A stretch of DNA of 45,223 nucleotides, from NCBI GenBank assembly GCA_041552135.1, contig JBFELL010000003.1, positions 1 to 45,223 on the forward strand, in the 5' to 3' direction. Under the pieces are notes generated by a model. The model had not been told where the DNA came from and did no database searches. It was given only the letters and a program-made list of their open reading frames with translations. The DNA comes from Gammaproteobacteria bacterium (lineage in GTDB: Bacteria; Pseudomonadota; Gammaproteobacteria; UBA9214). Shown here piece after piece: positions 37,838 to 45,223 of this stretch. A program made the position numbers and the translations under genes. Every line of letters starts with the position of its first letter. Position 1 is the first letter of the stretch.

Positions 37838-39667
37838 ATGACCATGTCCCGCGTCCACATCACCGATGTCATCCTGCGCGATGCACACCAGTCGCTGATT
37901 GCGACCCGCATGCGTACGGAAGACATGCTGCCGGTATGCGCCCGACTCGATGCCATCGGCTACTGGTCACTGGAGGTCTGGGGTGGCGCAACCTTCGACG
38001 CCTGCCTGCGGTTCCTCAGGGAGGACCCCTGGGAGCGCCTGCGACAACTGCGTGACGCGCTGCCGAACACCCGCCTGCAGATGCTGCTGCGCGGACAGAA
38101 CCTGCTGGGCTACCGGCACTATTCCGATGACGTGGTGCGGTCCTTTGTGCAACGCTCGGCTGACAACGGCATGGATGTCTTCCGCATCTTTGATGCCCTG
38201 AATGACACCCGCAACCTGCAGGTGGCAATCGAGGCAGTGAAGCAGTCGGGCAAGCATGCCCAGGGCACGATCTGCTACACCACCAGTCCGGTACACAACC
38301 TGCAAAGCTTCGTCGACATGGCCCGCGCGCTCGAGGACATGGGCTGTCACAGCATCGCCATCAAGGACATGGCAGGCCTGCTGACACCGATGCTCACCGG
38401 TGAACTGTTCCGGCAGATCACGGCTGCCACCGACCTGCCGCTGCACCTGCACAGCCATGCCACTGCCGGTCTTGCCGAGATGTGCCAGCTCAAGGCCATT
38501 GAAAACGGTTGTCGGCATATCGACACGGCCATCTCCTCTCTTGCCGGAGGTGCCAGTCACCCGCCAACCGAGAGCATGGTTGCTGCACTGCGCGGCACCG
38601 GGTACGACACCGGCCTCGACCTGCAGGCGCTGCAGGACATTGGCCTTTATTTCCACGAGATCCGCAAACGATATCACCAGTTCGAGAGCGATTTCACCGG
38701 GCTCGACACCCGCGTCCAGGTCTACCAGGTGCCTGGCGGCATGATCTCCAACCTCTACTCGCAGCTGAAGGAACAGGGTGCGCTGGAGCGTATCGACGAG
38801 GTCTATCGCGAGATTCCGCGTGTCCGCAAGGAACTGGGGTATCCGCCGCTGGTCACCCCGACCTCGCAGATTGTCGGTACGCAGGCGGTGTTGAACGTAC
38901 TGACCGGGGCGCGATACAAGACCATTACCAACGAGGTCAAGCTCTACCTGCAGGGTCGCTATGGCAGGTCGCCCGCCCCGATGGACGAGGACATCCGGCG
39001 CCAGGCCATCGGCACCGCGGACGTCATCACGGTACGCCCGGCCGACCTGCTGGATGATGAAATGGATGCCCTGCGGACGAACATCGGCGATCTGGCGGAG
39101 ACGGAGGAAGACGTGCTGACCTGTGCCATGTTCCCCGAACTCGCTCAGGAGTTTCTCCAGCAGCGGGCTGCCGGCACCCTGGCCCCCGAACCACTGGAAC
39201 CGATCGAGGTCAAACGTGACAACGGCCACAGCCGGCCGACGGAATTCAACGTCACGCTGCACGGCGAGACCTATCACATCAAGGTCACGGGTACCGGCCA
39301 CCGGACGCAGGACAACCGCCCCTTTTATATGACGGTCGACGGTATCCCGGAAGAGGTTCTGGTGGAAACACTGGACGAACTGCAGGAAGAGCGCGGCGAA
39401 GACGCGGCACCCGCGCGCGCCGTCAAGGGCAGTCAGCGACCGCGCGCCACATTACCGGGACACGTGACCAGTTCCATGCCCGGGACGATTGTCGATATCC
39501 TGGTCAGCACCGGCGATGATGTCGATGCCGGTACGCCGGTGCTGATTTCCGAGGCGATGAAGATGGAAACCGAGATCCAGGCACCTGTGGCCGGTACGGT
39601 CAGGGCAATCCACGTCAGCAAGGGCGACACCGTCAACCCGGACGAGACGCTGGTGGAAATCGACTGA
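37838..39667 (+). CDS. pycB: Pyruvate carboxylase subunit B (carboxyltransferase plus biotinyl domain, OadA-like)
   Basis: LRDAHQSL, WGGATFD, IKDMAG, HSH, PPLVTPTSQIVG and biotin site EAMKM; paired with a biotin carboxylase; no oadB/oadG nearby. Confidence 0.85.
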   Translation: MTMSRVHITDVILRDAHQSLIATRMRTEDMLPVCARLDAIGYWSLEVWGGATFDACLRFLREDPWERLRQLRDALPNTRLQMLLRGQNLLGYRHYSDDVVRSFVQRSADNGMDVFRIFDALNDTRNLQVAIEAVKQSGKHAQGTICYTTSPVHNLQSFVDMARALEDMGCHSIAIKDMAGLLTPMLTGELFRQITAATDLPLHLHSHATAGLAEMCQLKAIENGCRHIDTAISSLAGGASHPPTESMVAALRGTGYDTGLDLQALQDIGLYFHEIRKRYHQFESDFTGLDTRVQVYQVPGGMISNLYSQLKEQGALERIDEVYREIPRVRKELGYPPLVTPTSQIVGTQAVLNVLTGARYKTITNEVKLYLQGRYGRSPAPMDEDIRRQAIGTADVITVRPADLLDDEMDALRTNIGDLAETEEDVLTCAMFPELAQEFLQQRAAGTLAPEPLEPIEVKRDNGHSRPTEFNVTLHGETYHIKVTGTGHRTQDNRPFYMTVDGIPEEVLVETLDELQEERGEDAAPARAVKGSQRPRATLPGHVTSSMPGTIVDILVSTGDDVDAGTPVLISEAMKMETEIQAPVAGTVRAIHVSKGDTVNPDETLVEID

Positions 39668-39678
39668 GCTGTTTGCGT

Positions 39679-40269
39679 ATGAACACCGCCCAGACTCCGC
39701 CCATCATCCTCGCATCCACTTCGCCGTTCAGGAAGGAACTGCTCGGCCGGCTGAACCTGCCGTTTGCGACGGTTGCTCCCGATGTCGACGAAAGCCGGCT
39801 GGATAACGAACCTGCCACTGACCTGGTCGGGCGCCTGTCAGAGGCAAAGGCACGCGCCGTCGGCGCGACACATGAGGGGCTGATCATCGGCTCCGACCAG
39901 GTCGCCACGCATGGCGAGACGATCCTCGGCAAGCCCGGGGACCATGCAACTGCCATGCAGCAGCTGCGGCAACTGTCCGAGGAACATGTCACCTTCCTGA
40001 CCGGACTGTGCCTGCTGAACAGCGTGACTGGCGAGGTGCAGCTGGATGTCGTGCCGTTTTCCGTGGTGTTCCGCCGCCTGGACGACGCCCGGATCGACCG
40101 TTATCTTCGCCATGACCAGCCCTACAACTGCGCCGGCAGTTTCAAATCCGAGGGTCTGGGAATCGCGCTGTTCGAGCGCATGGAGGGCGACGATCCGACG
40201 GCACTGGTTGGCCTGCCGCTGATCCGCCTGACCGGCATGCTGGCGAATGCCGGCATCACCCTGCCCTGA
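39679..40269 (+). CDS. maf: Maf family nucleotide pyrophosphatase (YceF-like)
   Basis: ILASTSPFRKELL, IIGSDQV, GKP and CAGSFKSEGLG. Confidence 0.92.
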   Translation: MNTAQTPPIILASTSPFRKELLGRLNLPFATVAPDVDESRLDNEPATDLVGRLSEAKARAVGATHEGLIIGSDQVATHGETILGKPGDHATAMQQLRQLSEEHVTFLTGLCLLNSVTGEVQLDVVPFSVVFRRLDDARIDRYLRHDQPYNCAGSFKSEGLGIALFERMEGDDPTALVGLPLIRLTGMLANAGITLP

Positions 40270-40279
40270 TCGCCGGTAC

Positions 40280-42178
40280 TCAGGGAGCGGGAATTTCTCC
40301 GAGCACGATTCGCGACATCAGCACCAGGTCACCGGCGTCCAGAACACCGCTGGCATTCAGATCACCGAAGGCGATCTCCACGCCAGTGGGCGCAATTGCC
40401 CCACTGACCAGCCGCATCAGGACCAGGTAATCAGCGACATCGATCATGCCGTTCGGTGATCCGCGCGGCGCCAGGTCCGCCGTGTTCGATGCAAGTGGAT
40501 CGGTGCTGTAGGTAGTCACTTCATCGCCATCAGACAGTCCGTCGCCGTCAGTATCCGCCAATAGCGGATCCGTCCCGTACGTCTCTTCATCATAGTCAGA
40601 CAGGGTGTCGCCATCAGTATCGCCATCCAGCGCATCTGTGCCCAGCAGGCATTCCTCGAAATCAGTCAGCCCATCCCCATCTGTATCAATTACGCTGTTG
40701 TTATTTACGGCCGGACAGCTATCACATACATCACCGCTGCCGTCACTGTCGCTATCCTGCTGGTCAGAATTGGCAGTACCTGCACAATTATCACAGGCAT
40801 CGCCGACGCCATCCACATCCACATCTTCCTGCCCCGGATCAGGCGTCAACGGGCAGTTATCCGCATCATCGCAGACACCATCGCCATCCGCGTCGTCACA
40901 GCCCAGCATCAACAGGGGCTCCTGTATGCCATCCGGATCATCGGCGCAGGTCCCGTCACTGCTGTTTGCACAAGGAGCAACGTCACCGGACGCCAACAGC
41001 ACAGACTTGACAGTAGCCGGACTCGCACCGGGATTCTGGCTCAGGTAAAGAGCAGCAGCACCTGCCACGTGGGGTGCCGCCATGCTGGTGCCGTTTTTAT
41101 CACCCAGGCCTCCGCCGGGTATTGTGGAGCGAATTTTCCTCCCCGGCGCCATAATGTCGACCCCCGACCCGTAATTACTGAAACCGGCGAAGGTATCATC
41201 CTGGGAATTACCCGAGAGCCCGCCCGGCTTGCCGTCATAATCTTCCAGTGCCGATACCGTAATGGCATTCGGATTGCCGGCCGGGAAAGACTGCGAAACA
41301 TCCTGGCCATCGTTGCCCGCCGCGAGAGTGAAAACAACGCCTGCATCCACGGCATTATTGATTGCCGTATCCAGTGATGCAAATGTGCCCTGTCCTGTCA
41401 GGCTCATATTGGCCACATCAATCTCATCAGCATGCGCCGTGACATAGTCCACGCCGGCAAGTACCTGGGAACCTGCACCGGTCCCGTTATTCTCCAGCAC
41501 CTTGACAGCCCATAGCCTGGCACCCGGTGCAACACCAACGACACCCGAACCATTATCAATGGCAGCTGCCGTGCCTGCGACATGGGTACCGTGGCTGTTC
41601 ACGTCATTGGCGCCTGAGTCATTGCCAGCACAATTGGCATTGAACGGCCCCTGCGTTTTGCAATAGGCATACCTGAAGACATTCAGGTCCGGATGATCAA
41701 GATCGATACCTGTGTCCAGGATGGCGATATCAACATTCATTGCATCATTGACACCATCGATCCTTGCCACAGGATCAAGGTCGGCATTAATACGATCGAT
41801 ACCGGTTGGTAATGTTTGCGCATCAATACTGACAATGACATCGGGTTCAATATAGGCAACCCGGGGATCAGCGGCGAGTCTGCCCAGCAGCGTCTCCGGC
41901 ATTTTGACGGCCATGCCACGCAAGGCATGGCGGTAGCGAAAACCCACGGACAAATCAAACCGGCCTTTCAGCTCATTGGCAGCCACGTCCGTATTCACAT
42001 CGTCGTTAAACACCACGATGTAGCTAGACGGGATGATGCGCAGGGATCTTTCCGGAGGTTCTGCGTGCAGCCACTGACTGGACAGGAGCAATGCAAATAC
42101 GGCACTGACACAGAGCACGGTGTCTGCAATGCGAGCTATTGTTGTTACTGGATTCTGCATTACATGCTTGTTTCGCAT
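40280..42178 (-). CDS. Secreted S8 subtilase with I9 propeptide, TSP3/DxDGDG Ca-binding repeats and dockerin-like C-terminus
   Basis: ILDTGID, SHGTHVAG and NGTSMAAPHVAG triad; DNCP..QEDVDVDGVGDACD; DTDGDGL repeats; paired NGMIDVADY and DLNASGVLDAGDL loops. Confidence 0.9.
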   Translation of the reverse strand: MRNKHVMQNPVTTIARIADTVLCVSAVFALLLSSQWLHAEPPERSLRIIPSSYIVVFNDDVNTDVAANELKGRFDLSVGFRYRHALRGMAVKMPETLLGRLAADPRVAYIEPDVIVSIDAQTLPTGIDRINADLDPVARIDGVNDAMNVDIAILDTGIDLDHPDLNVFRYAYCKTQGPFNANCAGNDSGANDVNSHGTHVAGTAAAIDNGSGVVGVAPGARLWAVKVLENNGTGAGSQVLAGVDYVTAHADEIDVANMSLTGQGTFASLDTAINNAVDAGVVFTLAAGNDGQDVSQSFPAGNPNAITVSALEDYDGKPGGLSGNSQDDTFAGFSNYGSGVDIMAPGRKIRSTIPGGGLGDKNGTSMAAPHVAGAAALYLSQNPGASPATVKSVLLASGDVAPCANSSDGTCADDPDGIQEPLLMLGCDDADGDGVCDDADNCPLTPDPGQEDVDVDGVGDACDNCAGTANSDQQDSDSDGSGDVCDSCPAVNNNSVIDTDGDGLTDFEECLLGTDALDGDTDGDTLSDYDEETYGTDPLLADTDGDGLSDGDEVTTYSTDPLASNTADLAPRGSPNGMIDVADYLVLMRLVSGAIAPTGVEIAFGDLNASGVLDAGDLVLMSRIVLGEIPAP

Positions 42179-42363
42179 GCCGTCGCAGTGCTCCGGTTTT
42201 CAACTGGAACGGCATGACACACAACCTGCCTGGCATGCGCCAGGGCGGTGCATGACAGGAAGGCGCAAGCGGCGACCAGTCCGGCTCGTGGTGTTATTCT
42301 CATCGAGCATCCGAACGGTACGGTATTCGGACAACAAACTTACCACAAACCGCCAATCGACGC

Positions 42364-42398
42364 TGATTCCTGGCATGGAATTTCCATGCCAGGAATCA
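42364..42398. terminator. 35-bp perfect palindrome just downstream of the S49 peptidase gene
   Basis: TGATTCCTGGCATGGAA-T-TTCCATGCCAGGAATCA with 17-bp arms; no clear U-tract on minus. Confidence 0.5.
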
Positions 42399-42423
42399 TG
42401 AAAAGCCACTACCTGATTGAATG

Positions 42424-43440
42424 CTATCGGATTGTGGTGGATCCGGTGGCCAGTATTTTACCCAGCGCCTGAGCCGTCGCAATGCCGAGCCGGTCAGTGA
42501 AACGCTCCAGCAGGTCGGGCTCGGCAGTGAACTCGACAATCTCCTCGGCCTCGATAATTTCCCTGGCGACATACGAGGAGCTGCCCAGGCCGTCCGCCAT
42601 TCCCATTGCCAGGCTCTCTTCACCGGTCCAGATCAGGCCACTGAACATGTCCTCGCTTTCCTTGAGCCGGTCGCCCCGGCCATCCTTCACGGCATTGATG
42701 AACTGCTCATGGATATCGACCAGGAGCGTCTCGATATGTGCCACGTCAGACGCCTTCGAGGGCAGAAACGGATCCAGGAAGGCCTTGCTCTCACCGGCCG
42801 TGTACAGGCGTCGCTCGACACCGAGTTTGTCCATGGTGCCGACAAAACCGAAGCTGTCCATGCGCACACCGATAGAGCCCACGATACTGGCCTTGTCAAC
42901 ATAGATTTCATCGGCAGCCGTCGCGACATAGTACCCGCCCGAGGCGCAGATATCGGTGATCACGGCATACAGGGGGATATCGGGGTACTTCTCGCGGAGC
43001 CGCTTCATCTCGTCGTAGATATAACCGGCCTGTACCGGGCTGCCACCCGGGGAGTTGATGCGCAGGATCACACCGGCCGTATTGTCATCCTCGAAGGCAT
43101 CGCGCAGGCCGCTGATAACGTTGTCCGCACTGGCCTCGGCCTCGTCGGAAATGATGCCCTTCAGTTCGACCAGCGCCGTGTGCTTCTCGCCCGACCCGGC
43201 GGTGTCCGGCCATTCACCCGGCCAGTACAGCAGCAGGATAGCGCCAAGGTACAGGGCCAGCAATACCTTGAAGAACACATTCCAGCGGCGCGCACGGCGC
43301 TGTTCATTGAGGGAGGCAAAGGCAAGCCGGTTGACCAGATCCCTGTGCCACACATCATCCCCGTGCAGCGCCTGGTCACCAGACGCTGGCTGGAGCGGAT
43401 CGTTACCGGCGGGCATGCGGGGCGGTTTCCTGTATGACAT
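42424..43440 (-). CDS. sppA: S49 family signal peptide peptidase (SppA short form)
   Basis: EQRRARRW plus TM, RINSPGGSPVQ, CASGGYY and VGSIGV. Confidence 0.88.
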   Translation of the reverse strand: MSYRKPPRMPAGNDPLQPASGDQALHGDDVWHRDLVNRLAFASLNEQRRARRWNVFFKVLLALYLGAILLLYWPGEWPDTAGSGEKHTALVELKGIISDEAEASADNVISGLRDAFEDDNTAGVILRINSPGGSPVQAGYIYDEMKRLREKYPDIPLYAVITDICASGGYYVATAADEIYVDKASIVGSIGVRMDSFGFVGTMDKLGVERRLYTAGESKAFLDPFLPSKASDVAHIETLLVDIHEQFINAVKDGRGDRLKESEDMFSGLIWTGEESLAMGMADGLGSSSYVAREIIEAEEIVEFTAEPDLLERFTDRLGIATAQALGKILATGSTTIR

Positions 43441-43455
43441 ATCTGTTCTCGGTAG

Positions 43456-44154
43456 TTAGGGGGTAATGAGGCCGGCCTCGGCCATCCAGATCGGCATTTC
43501 TGCCAGCTTCTGCAAGGTCACCATGGGTGTATGTTGCGCAAGGCGCTCCGGCGTGTGCACACCGGTCGTCACGGCCACCTTGCCGGCCCCGGCACTGGTC
43601 GCCATTGCCATATCATACTCGGTATCCCCGACCATGAGCGTCTGTTCGGGACGCACATCGAGCGCCTGCATGATATCAACCAGCATCCGGGGATGCGGCT
43701 TGGAGGGCGCCTCATCGGCACACCGCGTGGCATCGAAACACGCGTCCAGTCCGGTCTCGCCCAGCACACGGTCAAGGCCGCGGCGTGACTTGCCGGTGGC
43801 AACGCCCAGCAGGAACTCCTGCTGTTTGCACAGCGCCAGGACCTCCCTGGCACCATCGAACAGGCGTGAACCTTCGGAGGCAAACCAGTGGTTGCGGTAA
43901 TGTCCGACGAAGGCCTCGTGGAAGGCCTGGTCCTGCCCCGGAACCAGCGCATCGACGGCCTCGCGCAGCCCGAGCCCGATGACATCCCTGAGCACATCAT
44001 CCGACAATGGCGCCAGCCCCAGGTCATGCATCGCGGCACGCAGGCAGGCGACGATCTGGCTTTCGGAGTCCATGAGTGTCCCGTCCCAGTCGAATACGAT
44101 CAGACGGATTTCCCGTCGCAAGGTCCCGGTTTTCAGCTTGCAGTCATTCACCAT
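43456..44154 (-). CDS. HAD-IA hydrolase (phosphoglycolate phosphatase-like)
   Basis: IVFDWDGTLMDS, VATGKSRRGL, SKPHP and MVGDTEYD; start uncertain. Confidence 0.9.
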   Translation of the reverse strand: MVNDCKLKTGTLRREIRLIVFDWDGTLMDSESQIVACLRAAMHDLGLAPLSDDVLRDVIGLGLREAVDALVPGQDQAFHEAFVGHYRNHWFASEGSRLFDGAREVLALCKQQEFLLGVATGKSRRGLDRVLGETGLDACFDATRCADEAPSKPHPRMLVDIMQALDVRPEQTLMVGDTEYDMAMATSAGAGKVAVTTGVHTPERLAQHTPMVTLQKLAEMPIWMAEAGLITP

Positions 44155-44317
44155 TTTTCACACAGGGTTTACCCTGTCGTTGTAATAATTCTCCTGCAAA
44201 ACCATGCCAGAAATGCGCTATCGGTGAATTCCAGAATCAGAACACCTGGAGGCATTTCATCCTGTTAATCACCCGTCGATAGCGAATTTCAGACCAGGTT
44301 TTACGCAACTGGCGAGT

Positions 44318-45223
44318 TTACCCGCCTTCCAGGCTGTCGAGAACGCCCTTGAGTTCAGCGTCCAGCGGTGCGCTGACATTGACCGGCTCACCGCTGGCCG
44401 GATCGGTGAACTCGAGCATGTGGGCGTGTAGAAACATGCGCCGCAGGCCGTGCGCCTTCATGTCCCGGTTGAATTGCGCATCACCGTACTTGTCATCACC
44501 CGCCAGCGGATGACCGATGTGAGCGGCATGAACACGGATCTGGTGTGTCCTGCCGGTCTCGAGCACCGCCTCGACCAGGGTGGCATCGCCATGCCGGCTG
44601 AGCGGCCTGAAGACCGTCGCGGCCGGCTTGCCGTCCGCCTGCACCCTGACGATACGTTCACCACCCTGTAACCGGTTCTTGCTGAGCGGTGCATCGACAC
44701 GGCATGCACTGTCCAGCCCGCCCCGCACCAGCGCCAGGTAATGCTTGGTCACCCTGCCCTCGCGCAACTGCGAGTGCAGGTCGCGCAGTGCACTGCGCCG
44801 CCTGGCAATCATCAGGCAGCCCGATGTCTCCCGGTCCAGCCGATGCACCAGTTCCAGGTAAGGCGCCTCCGGGTGCAGCGCGCGCAGCGCCTCGATCACA
44901 CCAAAACTCAGGCCGCTGCCGCCGTGGACCGCAATACCCGCCGGCTTGTCCAGCACCAGCAGGCGGCTGTTCTCGAACAGAATACGCCCGGCAATCGCCG
45001 GCAACCGCTCCGGGCTGAGTACCCGCTTGCGGGCCGGTTCGAGCCGCACCGGCGGGATGCGCACCCTATCCCCGGTCCGGAGCTTGTACTGTGGCCGTAT
45101 CCGGCCGCGGTTTACCCGAACCTCGCCACGCCGCAGTATCCGGTAGATATGACTACGCGGCACGCCCTTCAAATAACGCGACAAAAAATTGTCAATACGC
45201 TGCCCCGCCTCCTCGGCGGACAC
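44318..45223 (-). CDS. rluC: 23S rRNA pseudouridine synthase RluC, probably 5'-truncated by window edge
   Basis: S4 domain GQRIDNFL..PRSHIYRILRRGEVRVN; KPAGIAVHGGSG, HRLDRETSG and GRTHQIRVH. Confidence 0.93.
   Translation of the reverse strand: MSAEEAGQRIDNFLSRYLKGVPRSHIYRILRRGEVRVNRGRIRPQYKLRTGDRVRIPPVRLEPARKRVLSPERLPAIAGRILFENSRLLVLDKPAGIAVHGGSGLSFGVIEALRALHPEAPYLELVHRLDRETSGCLMIARRRSALRDLHSQLREGRVTKHYLALVRGGLDSACRVDAPLSKNRLQGGERIVRVQADGKPAATVFRPLSRHGDATLVEAVLETGRTHQIRVHAAHIGHPLAGDDKYGDAQFNRDMKAHGLRRMFLHAHMLEFTDPASGEPVNVSAPLDAELKGVLDSLEGG

Noticed and set aside
29591-39301. Other long antisense ORFs (29591-30898, 31792-33057, 36355-37815, 37967-39301)
   Set aside because: Each mirrors well-supported housekeeping genes on the opposite strand
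40500-40900. Repetitive DNA resembling an array
   Set aside because: Explained by protein-level DxDGDG/TSP3 repeats; no constant repeat-spacer structure, so not CRISPR

Overview
GC-rich chromosomal window, most likely from a gammaproteobacterium (inferred from the gene order rluC-HAD-sppA-maf-yceD-rpmF-plsX-fabHDG-acpP-fabF-pabBC-mltG-tmk-holB-pilZ-tatD). All product calls come from motifs read by eye; no database searches were run. The left 12.4 kb is a denitrification locus. It holds heme d1 biosynthesis genes (nirG, nirH, nirJ, nirN) converging on a minus-strand operon that has an FNR/DNR-type box. That operon encodes a CuA-containing heme-copper enzyme whose cross-link Tyr is replaced by Gln (eNOR-type NO reductase), a heme o synthase, SCO, an unusual cytochrome b/2x[4Fe-4S]/MvhD fusion with a small partner, and a hemerythrin; a DNR-like regulator lies upstream. 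About 10 kb of accessory DNA splits tmk from holB. It carries a TtrS-like oxyanion-sensing kinase, a NarL-type regulator, two secreted SoxB-like metallohydrolases with altered metal ligands, a DRR-repeat microprotein and a multicopper oxidase, with no soxXAYZ in the window. Smaller insertions are a two-subunit pyruvate carboxylase and a subtilase with TSP3 repeats and a dockerin-like tail. Three kinds of intergenic REP/MITE-like repeats are present. No tRNA, rRNA, CRISPR array, integrase or transposase was seen.
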